Made by a program: the position numbers and the translations under genes. DNA of 64,000 bases, from positions 421,493-485,492 of the forward strand of contig CAKOOM010000001.1 in assembly GCA_934098395.1 (NCBI GenBank). Direction: 5' to 3'. The notes below the pieces were generated by a model. It was not told where the DNA came from. It saw nothing but the letters and a program-made list of their open reading frames with translations, and ran no database searches. This document shows, piece after piece, positions 33,746-43,950 of this stretch; the first letter of the stretch is position 1; the number at the start of each line of letters is the position of its first letter. The stretch is from an uncultured Bacilli bacterium. Lineage in GTDB: Bacteria; Bacillota_I; Bacilli_A; RF39; UBA660.

Positions 33746-36376
33746 ATGAAAAAGTTAGATAATAGAGGTTTTACTTTGGTAGAATTATTAGCTACTTTGG
33801 CAGTGTTATCATTAGTTAGTACAATAGTAATATATGTAGCAATTAATGTTGTTAATTCTGCTAAAGATAAGAGTTATCTAGTAACAATTAATGATGTAGA
33901 GGATGCAGCAGTTAGTTATTTAAGGGAGAATAGTGATAAGGTTCGCTTTGTTAAATACGATGATGATATTGAATATCAATGTATAACTGTTCAAAATTTA
34001 ATAGACACGAATTATTTTGATAAAGATGTATTGAATTCGAAGATAAGCAAAGATAAGACTATACGTAGCAATAATTATATTTATATCGAAAGAGATAGTA
34101 ACAATAAGACTGTTACTAATAGTAAGTTGATTGCTGATAGTAATAGTGACTATAATACTTTATGTGGAAAAGCTAGTTTGGATGGAAATATAGAATTTAT
34201 GATAAGTCCTAATGGTTTTGCACGTGAGAAAAATGTAGATATAAAATATTGTTTATATAACGTATCTGATTATAAAAATGTAGAATATTTTTCTCAATAC
34301 AATGATTTAATATATAACGATGGGAATAGTGACAATACTTTTAGTGATAACTGTTTAATTAGAAAAGTTACAGTAAATGAAAATGGAGATATGATTGCTA
34401 AGATATTGAAAAGGAATACTGATGGCAATAAGGAAGAGGTAAAGTCAGCTATTGCTAAGGTTAGTAGTATTGATAATACAGCACCAGTTATTAAGATAGA
34501 ACCTAATGGGGATAATACTTATACGAAGAGTAAGACAATAAATATTAATATAAGTGATGATTTAAGTGGAGTAAGTAGTGATAGCACAATAAAATATGGA
34601 TTTAGTAAGTCTAAAAATGAAGAACCTGGTAGTTATAAGGAAGTTAAAGTTAATGGTGATATAAAAATTATAGAGAGTAGTTTAACCGGAGAGTATTATT
34701 TATGGATTAAACCTAATGTTAAAGATAATGCAGGGAATGTGAATAATGATACATTGATAAGTGATGTATATAAATTTGATAAGACAGCACCAAGTATACC
34801 TACATATATAGCTAAGTATAGAGATGGTAGTGGTAGATATACATCTGGAAGTACTGCAAATAAAGAAGTAGTGACAGAGATATCTGCGACTGATCCGGAC
34901 AGTGGGGTAGAAGGAATATATTATTCGAAAGATAAAATTAATAAAACTAAATTTAACTTTGGAGTGTCAGCATTAACACAAAATGGTAGTACATGGAGTG
35001 GTACAGAATCATGGGATTTTCGTGATGGAAGAAATGATGGTTATTATTTTATGGCATGTGATAAGGTTGGAAACTGTTCTGACTGGTCTAGTATATTTAA
35101 TATAAAATATAAGACAAATAAGGTATATATAAAATATCACTCTAATGGTGGCAGTATGAGTAATAACAATAGTAATTATACGATTAATTCAACTAGTAAG
35201 TTAATTGAGTATAATGGTAATAGTAAATTTCATAGTGTAAGTTACGGAAATAGTTTAGGTAGCAATGGCTTATATGATGCAAATAATTTAAAGTATATTA
35301 ATTTGATTAGAACTGGATATTCAGTAGTATCGGGTAAAGAATGGTATATTAAGAGTGATGGAAGTGAAAAGTATTACAATCAAACAAAACAATATAAAGC
35401 GAATGATTTTTGTGATGCATCAAATAACGACTGTGAAGTAACATTATATGCAAATTGGAAAATTAATAAATTGTATATAAGATATCATGCAAACGGTGGT
35501 AGTATGGCAACAAATCATGGAGTTAATTATAGTATAAGTAATGATGTAGTTGTTTATAAAAATACAAGTGGTAATTATGAGACTAGATTTCATAGTGTAA
35601 AATATGGTGAAAAGATAGATTTTTATAATACGAATAATTCGAGTTATATTAATTTAGTTAGAACTGGATATTCAATAGTATCAGGTAGCGAGTGGTGTAC
35701 TAAAAATGATGGAAGTGGTACTTGCTATAATCAAGTTAGTGAATATTTGGCAACATATATATGTAGTTCACTAAAAACCGGTAATTGTACGATTGATTTA
35801 TATGCAAATTGGAAGAAAAAAAATACATGTCCGAGTGGATATGTTGAATCATCTACTAAGTATGATTGTGAAAAAGTAACAAATCCAACAAAAAAATATA
35901 CGAAGACTACAACAAAATGTGCTAGTACTGGTAAATATAAATGTAGCACGAGTCCAACTATATCGGATAAACATACTTTTAAATGTTCTTGTCCAGATGG
36001 TACTGATCTTCGTGGTTATTATGGAAATAACGCTAACTGTACGCCAAGTGCATCTGGTCAAAGAGGAAGATATGCAATATGTAGATATTATGAATGTCCA
36101 GAAGGGTACACAAAGTCAGGTAGTAAAACTAGTGCGACATGCTATAAAGCTGGACAAACTTCATGTCCGAGCGGATATACAAAAACTAAAGAATATAAAT
36201 TTAAAGATTCAACATCTACTGTAAGTAGTTGTACTAAGGGAAGTTCATTTACTTGTAATAGTAGTAATTCTGGTAAATCATATGTATCAAACTGTAAGGT
36301 TATAAGTACAACATGTTTGGATGGTAATTATGATTCAAGATATGATAAGTGTTATGCATATGCTAGTTATGAATAA
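33746..36376 (+). CDS. Giant (876 aa) paralogous prepilin-signal modular protein with two B-repeat-like modules and a different Cys-rich C-terminus
   Basis: MKKLDNRG|FTLVELLATLAVLSLVSTIVIYVAI. The N-terminal 120 aa and the central DNTAPVIK...SIFNIKY block are near-identical to gene 1. There are two copies of YI(K/R)YH(S/A)NGGSM...LYANWK. The last roughly 183 aa hold about 16 Cys, with CP(S/E/D)G(Y/T) motifs. Confidence 0.85.
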   Translation: MKKLDNRGFTLVELLATLAVLSLVSTIVIYVAINVVNSAKDKSYLVTINDVEDAAVSYLRENSDKVRFVKYDDDIEYQCITVQNLIDTNYFDKDVLNSKISKDKTIRSNNYIYIERDSNNKTVTNSKLIADSNSDYNTLCGKASLDGNIEFMISPNGFAREKNVDIKYCLYNVSDYKNVEYFSQYNDLIYNDGNSDNTFSDNCLIRKVTVNENGDMIAKILKRNTDGNKEEVKSAIAKVSSIDNTAPVIKIEPNGDNTYTKSKTININISDDLSGVSSDSTIKYGFSKSKNEEPGSYKEVKVNGDIKIIESSLTGEYYLWIKPNVKDNAGNVNNDTLISDVYKFDKTAPSIPTYIAKYRDGSGRYTSGSTANKEVVTEISATDPDSGVEGIYYSKDKINKTKFNFGVSALTQNGSTWSGTESWDFRDGRNDGYYFMACDKVGNCSDWSSIFNIKYKTNKVYIKYHSNGGSMSNNNSNYTINSTSKLIEYNGNSKFHSVSYGNSLGSNGLYDANNLKYINLIRTGYSVVSGKEWYIKSDGSEKYYNQTKQYKANDFCDASNNDCEVTLYANWKINKLYIRYHANGGSMATNHGVNYSISNDVVVYKNTSGNYETRFHSVKYGEKIDFYNTNNSSYINLVRTGYSIVSGSEWCTKNDGSGTCYNQVSEYLATYICSSLKTGNCTIDLYANWKKKNTCPSGYVESSTKYDCEKVTNPTKKYTKTTTKCASTGKYKCSTSPTISDKHTFKCSCPDGTDLRGYYGNNANCTPSASGQRGRYAICRYYECPEGYTKSGSKTSATCYKAGQTSCPSGYTKTKEYKFKDSTSTVSSCTKGSSFTCNSSNSGKSYVSNCKVISTTCLDGNYDSRYDKCYAYASYE

Positions 36377-36489
36377 CAAATATATATAAATGTTAATATT
36401 AGTTGACAAAATTCCAATTTAAGTTGCTAGACAAAGATTAAAAAAATTATTAAAATATTAACTAATTTAAAAAAGGAGAAATTGTTTTT

Positions 36490-37230
36490 ATGAAATTTTA
36501 TGAGAAATTGATAATATTGAGAAAGAAAGCGTTATTATCACAAGAAGCTTTAGCAGAAAAATTAGATGTAACTAGGCAAACAGTATCTAAATGGGAGCTT
36601 GGGCAAACTAAACCTGATATAGATAAATTAAATGAAATTAGTAAATTGTTTTCAGTTGATATAAATGTTTTAACTAATGATGAGGTGACTTTAGATGATG
36701 AGAAGAAAGAGAATGTTAAGAAGGAAGAGAAAAAGGATAGAACTTATATTCTTTATATAGCGATTGTTATTTTAGTACTTTCAATATCTGTTTTGGTTTA
36801 TAGAGTTGGATTTTCAATAAAAGATAAGTATGACACTTATAAAGAGAATGCTCAAGCGGAGTTAAGAAGGCAACAAGAAGAAGATGACAAAATAAAAAAA
36901 CAACAACAAGAAGAGACGGCTAAGAAAGAGGCTGAAAAAGCGAAGAATAATTTTAATAGAGAACTTGAATTTTATATTGGTTCAGAAATCGGAAATAATG
37001 TAGGTAGTGAACTAGATAGAGTTATAAAGAGTAATAAAACAAGTACAGAACATTTAGTTGAAGTAGTATTTGATGGAGTATCATGTGGATATGATACAGA
37101 AAAAATAAAAAATTTAAAATCTAAATTAAAGAATTTTAAAGATGATGGTACAGGATTTCAATATTATGAAGTATCAGTTGATTATGATGAGAATGGTTAT
37201 ATATATAAGGTAACTATAGAGACAAGGTAG
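36490..37230 (+). CDS. Membrane-tethered XRE-family HTH protein
   Basis: LRKKALLSQEALAEKLDVTRQTVSKWELGQTKPDIDKL HTH, one TM (YILYIAIVILVLSISVLVY), a coiled Lys/Glu-rich stretch and a small C-terminal domain. Confidence 0.7.
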   Translation: MKFYEKLIILRKKALLSQEALAEKLDVTRQTVSKWELGQTKPDIDKLNEISKLFSVDINVLTNDEVTLDDEKKENVKKEEKKDRTYILYIAIVILVLSISVLVYRVGFSIKDKYDTYKENAQAELRRQQEEDDKIKKQQQEETAKKEAEKAKNNFNRELEFYIGSEIGNNVGSELDRVIKSNKTSTEHLVEVVFDGVSCGYDTEKIKNLKSKLKNFKDDGTGFQYYEVSVDYDENGYIYKVTIETR

Positions 37231-37231
37231 G

Positions 37232-37780
37232 GTGATAGGAATGTTAATAAATATATTGTTGGTAATTTTGATTATTATATCTGGAACTATTATTAGTTAT
37301 TATAATAAGTTTGTAAAAAATGGTAATAGGGTTTTGGAAAGAGAGTCACAAATAGATGTTTTAATGAAACAGAGATTTGATTTGATTCCTAATATTGTTG
37401 AATGTGTTAAGGGATATACGAAACATGAATCATCTACGTTAAAGGAACTTACTGAGTTGCGTTCTTCTTATAAAGATAATGGCTTTAGTATTGAAGAAGC
37501 GGAGAAGGCTGATAAAAAATTTAATAATATAATGATGTTATCTGAAGCATATCCAGAACTTAAAGCTAATACACAGTTTTTAAAACTTCATGATAATTTG
37601 AGTGAAATTGAAGATGAGTTAAGTGATGCTAGGACAAGTTATAATTATGCTGTTACAACTTATAATAATTTAGTTGAATCTGTTCCTTCGAATATTATTG
37701 CTAAAATATTTGCTTTTAGTAAGAAGAAATTGTTTGAAATAGAAGATAAAGAAAAAGAAAATAATAAACTTGAATTTTAA
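37232..37780 (+). CDS. LemA family protein
   Basis: N-terminal TM, then YNKFVKNGNRVLERESQIDVLMKQRFDLIPNIVE..ELKANTQFLKLHDNLSEIEDELSDARTSYN, the typical LemA pattern. An ATG at 37241 is an alternative start. Confidence 0.8.
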   Translation: MIGMLINILLVILIIISGTIISYYNKFVKNGNRVLERESQIDVLMKQRFDLIPNIVECVKGYTKHESSTLKELTELRSSYKDNGFSIEEAEKADKKFNNIMMLSEAYPELKANTQFLKLHDNLSEIEDELSDARTSYNYAVTTYNNLVESVPSNIIAKIFAFSKKKLFEIEDKEKENNKLEF

Positions 37781-37856
37781 GGAATCTTTATGGTTCTTTT
37801 TCTTTGGTTGATTAATTTAGATTTATTTGTTATAATTTCTAAGAAGGACTGATATT

Positions 37857-39656
37857 ATGGATAGTAAAAACATTAGAAATTTTTGTATTATTGCACATAT
37901 TGATCATGGTAAAAGTACGTTAGCTGATCGAATACTTGAGTATACGGGAACAATTGATAAACGTGATATGAAAGATCAGATACTTGATTCGATGGAATTG
38001 GAAAGAGAAAGAGGAATAACTATTAAGTTGAATGCAGTTAGAATTAATTATAATGGTTATATTCTTAATTTAATAGATACTCCAGGTCATGTAGATTTTA
38101 CTTATGAAGTTTCTAGAAGTATGGCAGCTTGTGAGGGAGCTATTTTGATTGTAGATGCAGCCCAAGGAATAGAAGCTCAAACTTTATCTAATGTTTATTT
38201 AGCCTTAGAAAATGATTTGGAAATAATTCCAGTTATTAATAAAATTGATTTACCTAGTGCTGATGTGGAAAAGCGTATTAGTGAACTTAATAAGACTTTT
38301 GGTTTTAAAAGAGAAGAAATAATTTTAACTAGTGCTAAGACTGGTGTTGGAATAGGTGATGTAGTTGATGCAGTTATCAATAGAATTCAACCACCAGAAT
38401 GTAGTTATGATGATAATAAACTTAGATGTTTAATTTTTGATAGTTATTTTGATTCTTATCGCGGGGTTGTTTCTTTAATAAGAGTAGTTAGTGGTAGTGT
38501 TAGTAATAAAGATAGAATTAAAATGGTTACAACTGGTGCTAGTTATGATGTTACAGAGATTGGTTATCACACACCAAGTGAAAAGGTAGTGGATAAGTTA
38601 TCTGCTGGTGAGGTAGGCTTTTTATGTGCTTCAATAAAATCAATCGATAGTGTTAGAGTAGGAGATACGATTACTTTAGAAAAGAATCCGTGTGATTTGG
38701 GATTACCAGGGTATAAGTCTTTAAAACCAATGGTTTTTTGTGGAATATATCCGATTGATAGTAAAAAATATCCGAATTTGAGAGAAGCTTTGGAAAAGTT
38801 AAAGCTTAATGATGCTTCTTTATCATTTGAACCGGAAACATCAGCTACGCTTGGATTTGGTTTTAGAACCGGTTTTTTAGGATTGTTACATTTAGATATT
38901 ATTACAGAGAGAATAGAGAGGGAATTTAATACTTCGATTATAGCTACGGCACCATCAGTAATATATGAGATTACTTTAACTGATGGTTCGACGTTAATGG
39001 TTGATAATCCAGCTGATTTTCCTCCGAAGGTTAAAATTGCTAAGATTAAAGAACCATATATTAGAACTAATATATATGTTCCAAATGAATATATTGGTAG
39101 TATGATGGAATTGTGTCAAGAAAAAAGAGGGACATATATATCAACGGATTATATTGATACGACAAGAGTTAATATTCATTATGAGATTCCGTTATCAGAG
39201 ATAGTATATGATTTTTTTGATAAGCTTAAGAGTTATACGAAGGGATATGCTTCGTTTGATTATGAACTTATTGGTTATAAGGAATCTGATTTAGTAAAGA
39301 TGGATATTATGTTAAATGGAGATATTGTTGATGCTTTATCGGTAATAGTACATAGAGATTTTGCTTATAAAAGGGGTAGAGTAATTGTTGATAATTTAAA
39401 GGAAATAATACCTAGACAGATGTTTGAGATACCAGTTCAAGCAGTTATTGGGTCTAAAGTAATAGCTAGATCTGATATTAAGGCTATGAGAAAAGATGTA
39501 CTTGCTAAATGTTATGGTGGGGATATTACTAGAAAGAGAAAACTTTTGGAAAAGCAAAAGGAAGGTAAGAAGAAAATGAAGACTATAGGCAAGGTAGAAT
39601 TACCTAAGGAAGCGTTCTTATCGGTACTTAAGGCGAATGATATTAAAAAGGATTAG
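37857..39656 (+). CDS. lepA: Elongation factor 4 (LepA)
   Basis: [33 protein letters not shown], and the LepA-specific C-terminal domain (..[24 protein letters not shown]). Confidence 0.95.
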   Translation: MDSKNIRNFCIIAHIDHGKSTLADRILEYTGTIDKRDMKDQILDSMELERERGITIKLNAVRINYNGYILNLIDTPGHVDFTYEVSRSMAACEGAILIVDAAQGIEAQTLSNVYLALENDLEIIPVINKIDLPSADVEKRISELNKTFGFKREEIILTSAKTGVGIGDVVDAVINRIQPPECSYDDNKLRCLIFDSYFDSYRGVVSLIRVVSGSVSNKDRIKMVTTGASYDVTEIGYHTPSEKVVDKLSAGEVGFLCASIKSIDSVRVGDTITLEKNPCDLGLPGYKSLKPMVFCGIYPIDSKKYPNLREALEKLKLNDASLSFEPETSATLGFGFRTGFLGLLHLDIITERIEREFNTSIIATAPSVIYEITLTDGSTLMVDNPADFPPKVKIAKIKEPYIRTNIYVPNEYIGSMMELCQEKRGTYISTDYIDTTRVNIHYEIPLSEIVYDFFDKLKSYTKGYASFDYELIGYKESDLVKMDIMLNGDIVDALSVIVHRDFAYKRGRVIVDNLKEIIPRQMFEIPVQAVIGSKVIARSDIKAMRKDVLAKCYGGDITRKRKLLEKQKEGKKKMKTIGKVELPKEAFLSVLKANDIKKD

Positions 39657-39673
39657 ATCTTGTCTTTCTTTTT

Positions 39674-39702
39674 TTGACAAATTTATAATTGTGTGTTATT
39701 AT
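39674..39702 (+). promoter_or_regulatory. Promoter upstream of a small ORF
   Basis: TTGACA (39674-39679), 17 nt, TGtTATTAT (-10 at 39697-39702). Confidence 0.45.
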
Positions 39703-39725
39703 ACATAGTCAAATTTGGAGGGGAT

Positions 39726-39941
39726 ATGATGGGTTATATTGAAGCTTGTAATGTTTTAGGCGTATCAGGGAATGAAACTTTTGAAAATATTAGTGCTAAA
39801 TATTATATGTTAATTAGTAAATATGCTTCGAAGAATATAGCTGATTTATTTTATAATGAAGAGGCTAGTTTATTGATAATTGCCTACTACAGTATTAAAA
39901 AGTTTTATAGTATGGATAAAAGAATGATTAAGAGTAGATAA
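39726..39941 (+). CDS. Small hypothetical protein with a J-domain-like helix but no HPD motif
   Basis: Tandem ATGs at 39726 and 39729 follow GGAGGGG. ACNVLGVSGNETFENISAKYYMLISKY resembles J-domain helices I-II, but ASKN replaces HPD. Confidence 0.4.
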   Translation: MMGYIEACNVLGVSGNETFENISAKYYMLISKYASKNIADLFYNEEASLLIIAYYSIKKFYSMDKRMIKSR

Positions 39942-40015
39942 ATATTCTTAATTTTCTTTTTTTACTATACTTTTTATTTTATATATTATATAATTTATAA
40001 GGGAAGTGAAGAAGT

Positions 40016-41431
40016 ATGAATTTACCTAATATGTTAGAAGCAAAAAAGAGAAGTAATAAAAAAGTAGATATTGTATATGATGATTATAATAATAATGATA
40101 TAGATAATATTGGTACTGGTAAGAAATATATGATTTTAACTTATGGATGTCAAATGAACGTTCATGATAGTGAAAATATTTCTGGGATAATGGAAGATCT
40201 TGGTTATGATAAAACTGAGGAAATGGAAGATAGTGATGTTATTATTGTTAATACTTGTGCTATTAGAGAGAATGCTCATAATAAGGCAGAGGGGATGCTT
40301 GGTAGAATTAAGCATTTTAAGGAAGAACATGATAATGTTATAGTTATTTTTTGTGGATGTATGGCACAAGAAGAAGGATTAGTTAATAAGATTAAGGATT
40401 ATAAATGGATAGATATTATATGTGGGACACATAATTATCATAAAATACCAGAATATTTATATGAATATATAGAAAAGCATGAGGATGTTAGAGAAGTATT
40501 TAGTATTGAGGGAAATGTGTATGAGAATATTCCTGTTAAGAGAGATAGTAAATATAGTGCTTGGGTTAATATTCAGTATGGTTGTGATAAGTTTTGTACT
40601 TATTGTATAGTTCCTTATACACGTGGTAAACAAAGAAGTAGAAAACATGAAGATATTATTGATGAGGTAAGAGAATTATATAATAATGGATATCAAGAAG
40701 TTACTTTGTTAGGACAGAATGTTAATGCTTATGGAAAAGATTTTGATGATGGTTATGATTTTGCAACGTTACTTGGTGAAGTTAGTCAAACAGGTATTCC
40801 AAGAATTAGATTTGTAACTAGTCATCCATGGGATTTTACCGATAAAATGATTGATGTTATTAGCAAGTGTGATAATATTATGCCATATATTCATTTACCT
40901 TTACAATCTGGCTCTGATCGTATTTTAAAGTTGATGGGTAGAAAATATGCGACTGAAGAATATTTAGAACTTGTTAGAAAAATTAGAAAAAAAGTTGATA
41001 ATGTTAGTATTACAACTGATATTATTGTAGGCTTTCCAGGTGAGACTGAGGAAGATTTCGAAAAAACAATAGATATGGTTAATTTAGTTAAGTATGATCT
41101 TGCATATACATTTATATTTTCTTCGAGAGAGGGAACTCCAGCAAGTAAGATGAAGGATGATACGAGTATGGAGATTAAAAAGAGCAGATTAGCTAGACTT
41201 AATGAATTAATCAATAAGTATGCACTTGAGGCTAATGAAAAGATGAAAGATAAGGTAGTGGATGTATTAATCGTATCTGAATCTGATAAGAATGGTAAGT
41301 ATATGGGATATACGGATAATATGAAATTAGTTAATGTAGCATGTGATTCTGGGTATGTTGGGAAAATAGTACCTGTTAAAATTACTGGTGTTAAGACTTG
41401 GTCTTTAGATGGAGAAGTATATGATAAATAG
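40016..41431 (+). CDS. miaB: tRNA-i6A37 methylthiotransferase MiaB
   Basis: UPF0004 N-domain (TYGCQMN..NTCAIRE), radical-SAM CDKFCTYCIVP, and a C-terminal TRAM domain. Confidence 0.9.
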   Translation: MNLPNMLEAKKRSNKKVDIVYDDYNNNDIDNIGTGKKYMILTYGCQMNVHDSENISGIMEDLGYDKTEEMEDSDVIIVNTCAIRENAHNKAEGMLGRIKHFKEEHDNVIVIFCGCMAQEEGLVNKIKDYKWIDIICGTHNYHKIPEYLYEYIEKHEDVREVFSIEGNVYENIPVKRDSKYSAWVNIQYGCDKFCTYCIVPYTRGKQRSRKHEDIIDEVRELYNNGYQEVTLLGQNVNAYGKDFDDGYDFATLLGEVSQTGIPRIRFVTSHPWDFTDKMIDVISKCDNIMPYIHLPLQSGSDRILKLMGRKYATEEYLELVRKIRKKVDNVSITTDIIVGFPGETEEDFEKTIDMVNLVKYDLAYTFIFSSREGTPASKMKDDTSMEIKKSRLARLNELINKYALEANEKMKDKVVDVLIVSESDKNGKYMGYTDNMKLVNVACDSGYVGKIVPVKITGVKTWSLDGEVYDK

Positions 41432-41750
41432 TAGTATTAGTGAGTTATTTAATACAATAGAGAATTCTAAATTATATAAAGATTATAAAAAGATGGCAGA
41501 TATTCTTAGTAGAGATAGTGAAATAAAAGAGATAATAGATGAGATTAAAGAATTAGAAAAGAAGGCTACTTATTTAGAGAGTATCGGGGATAATAAGTAT
41601 TTAGAAATAGATGAAATTATTAAAGAAAAAGCGAATATTTTAAATAATAAGCAAGTATATATAGAATATTTAGAAAAGATGGAAGAATTTAATAATGAAT
41701 TAGCTATATCTAGTAATATGATTAATAAATATATTAGTGAGAAGGTGTAG
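41421..41750 (+). CDS. YmcA/YlbF (RicA-like) family protein
   Basis: Helical protein of about 110 aa immediately after miaB, as in the Bacillus ymcB-ymcA pair. ATG 41421 follows GGAG. The track start at 41409 overlaps miaB. Confidence 0.55.
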   Translation: MINSSISELFNTIENSKLYKDYKKMADILSRDSEIKEIIDEIKELEKKATYLESIGDNKYLEIDEIIKEKANILNNKQVYIEYLEKMEEFNNELAISSNMINKYISEKV

Positions 41751-41752
41751 TA

Positions 41753-42466
41753 ATGCCTTCTTTTGTTAGTCATATAGAATTATCAAAAGATGTTAGCGAT
41801 AAACTTTGTTTTGATAATGTATTAACGAGATATGCAAGTACTTATTCTTTAGGGGGAGACTTGTGTAGATTTTCTAAATGTAGGAGATTATCTCATAGAA
41901 AGAAAAAAGAAGAATTTATTTTTAATATGGTTAATTATATTAAGGAAAATAAACTTACTGATAATAAAGAAGTTATGGGAATACTATATGGGCATATTAG
42001 TCATTATATTATGGATGATACGATGCATCCCTTAGTTAGATTAATAGATAAAGAAAGTAGTCCAGTAAGAATGAAGAGTCATACATTGATTGAAGGAATG
42101 ATAGATAGTTATATTGTTAAATATAAGTATAATAAGGAAATAGATGAGTATTTAAATAAAGGAATGCTTATAGTGGGAATTAATAAAGATGGTTATAAAA
42201 TGATTAATAAGGTATATGAAAAGACTTATGGTGTTAAAAATGTGGCTATTAGTTATATACTTAGTAAGTTTGTTTATGGGAAGATTTATTTATTAATTAG
42301 ATTAATTGGTAAGAATAATCTAAAAAAAATTACGGGGTATGATAAGTTTATAGCTAAAAATAAAGATGTTATTGATAGAAATAATAAGATTATTTCTTTA
42401 TATGAAGAGAGTGTTAGATTAGTAGTATTAGAAATAAATAGAGTAGTTAAATATATGGAATTATAA
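41753..42466 (+). CDS. Zinc-dependent phospholipase C-like family protein
   Basis: N-terminal SHIELSKDV and the GHISHYIMDDTMHPLV histidine motifs are typical of the Zn_dep_PLPC-like family. Confidence 0.5.
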   Translation: MPSFVSHIELSKDVSDKLCFDNVLTRYASTYSLGGDLCRFSKCRRLSHRKKKEEFIFNMVNYIKENKLTDNKEVMGILYGHISHYIMDDTMHPLVRLIDKESSPVRMKSHTLIEGMIDSYIVKYKYNKEIDEYLNKGMLIVGINKDGYKMINKVYEKTYGVKNVAISYILSKFVYGKIYLLIRLIGKNNLKKITGYDKFIAKNKDVIDRNNKIISLYEESVRLVVLEINRVVKYMEL

Positions 42467-42491
42467 AATGTGTTAAAAGATGGAGGAATGA

Positions 42492-42520
42492 TTTACATTT
42501 CTCTTTTTATTTGTTATAAT
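42492..42520 (+). promoter_or_regulatory. Promoter of the amino-acid ABC/arc block
   Basis: TTTACA (42492-42497), 17 nt, TGtTATAAT (-10 at 42515-42520). Confidence 0.5.
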
Positions 42521-42541
42521 TGTTTATGATAGGAGGAGCGT

Positions 42542-43258
42542 ATGAAGAGGATAGTTTTAGTTATTATGTTATCTATTTTAGTATTTAGTGGTTGTTCTAA
42601 GAATGGTGATGAATTGGTAATGGTAACAGAAGCTGGTTTTAAACCTTATGAATACTACGAAGGAGGAGAAATTGTCGGAGTTGATGTTGATATAGCTGAA
42701 GAGATAGCTAAGTATTTAGGTAAGAAATTAGTTGTTAAGGATGTAGCTTTTGACTCAATTATTAATGAACTTAATAGTGGAAAAGCTGATTTTGCAGCGG
42801 CAGGAATGAGTGTTACTCCGGAGAGAATGGAAGAAGTAGATTTTTCTTTAGAATATGTTGTTAGTAATCAAGTTGTTATGGTAAGAAAAAATAGTGATAT
42901 TAGTTTAGATAAGATAGATGGCAAGAAGATTGCAGTACAACTTGGAAGTGTTGCAGATACTTATGCGAATAAGAATTTTAAAAACTCAGAAATTATTTCA
43001 CAAAAAAAATATTTAACAATGATTGAGGATTTAAAAGCTGGAAAAGTTGATTTAATTATTATGGATAATTTACCTGCTAAAGAAATAATTGATGAAAATA
43101 GTGAACTTAAGATATTAGATGGATATTTATTTAGTGATAGTTATGGAATAGCTGTTAAAAAAGGTAATTCTGAGTTATTAGAGAGTATTAATACGGTACT
43201 TAGTAAATTAATAGATGATGGAAAGATAGAAGAATATGTTATAAAACATTCTGAGTAG
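42542..43258 (+). CDS. Polar amino-acid ABC transporter substrate-binding lipoprotein
   Basis: Lipobox VFSG|C. SBP_bac_3 pattern (PYEY.., GVDVDIAEEIAK, DFAAAGMSVTPER, GIAVKKGN). Confidence 0.85.
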   Translation: MKRIVLVIMLSILVFSGCSKNGDELVMVTEAGFKPYEYYEGGEIVGVDVDIAEEIAKYLGKKLVVKDVAFDSIINELNSGKADFAAAGMSVTPERMEEVDFSLEYVVSNQVVMVRKNSDISLDKIDGKKIAVQLGSVADTYANKNFKNSEIISQKKYLTMIEDLKAGKVDLIIMDNLPAKEIIDENSELKILDGYLFSDSYGIAVKKGNSELLESINTVLSKLIDDGKIEEYVIKHSE

Positions 43259-43266
43259 GAGTAGTT

Positions 43267-43950
43267 ATGAATGATATAGTATTAGATTTTTATAAGACAG
43301 TAATATATGATGATAGATATATGATGATACTGGAGGGGTTAAAGAATACAATATTAATTGCTCTTGGATCAATAGTTATTGGTATTTTATTAGGATTATT
43401 AATAGCAATAGTTAGGGATATGTACGAAAAGAATGGTAAGGGATTAATATTAAATAAAATATGTAAAATATACGTAGATGTTATTCGAGGTACTCCAGCA
43501 CTTTTACAATTAATGATTATATATTATGTAATATTTAAAAGTGTATCGATTGATTTAGTTTTAGTTGGAATATTAGCTTTTGGTCTTAATTCTTCAGCTT
43601 ATGTTAGTGAAATTATTAGAGCAGGAATAAATTCGATTGATGTAGGACAGATGGAAGCTGCGAAGAGTTTAGGCTTTAAGTATTTTCAAAGTATGAGATA
43701 TATTATATTACCACAGGCTATTAAGAATGTATTACCAGCTCTTGGCAATGAGTTTATTACTTTAGTAAAAGAAACTTCAGTAGCTGGATATATTGGAATA
43801 ATGGAATTAACAAAGTCAACGGATATGATTGCTTCAAGAACGTATAATTACTTTTTCCCTTTAATAATTGCTGCTTTGATTTATTTAGGGTTAACAATGT
43901 TATTAACTAAACTTTTAAATAGATTTGAAAGGAAGGTTAGTAATGCTTAA
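43267..43950 (+). CDS. Polar amino-acid ABC transporter permease
   Basis: His/Glu/Gln/Arg-type permease with an EAA loop ([23 protein letters not shown]). Confidence 0.85.
   Translation: MNDIVLDFYKTVIYDDRYMMILEGLKNTILIALGSIVIGILLGLLIAIVRDMYEKNGKGLILNKICKIYVDVIRGTPALLQLMIIYYVIFKSVSIDLVLVGILAFGLNSSAYVSEIIRAGINSIDVGQMEAAKSLGFKYFQSMRYIILPQAIKNVLPALGNEFITLVKETSVAGYIGIMELTKSTDMIASRTYNYFFPLIIAALIYLGLTMLLTKLLNRFERKVSNA

Noticed and set aside
32282-36224. Alternative-frame and antisense ORFs in the Cys-rich tips: 32282-32488(-), 32574-33053(+, 159 aa), 35731-35949(-), 35849-36061(-), 35919-36224(+)
   Set aside because: I considered overlapping genes or programmed frameshift products. The shifted frames of TGT/AGT/ACT/GGT/TAT-rich sequence simply avoid stop codons. 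They have no SD or start context, and the products are Val/Leu/Ile-rich nonsense. The main frames carry the conserved motifs.
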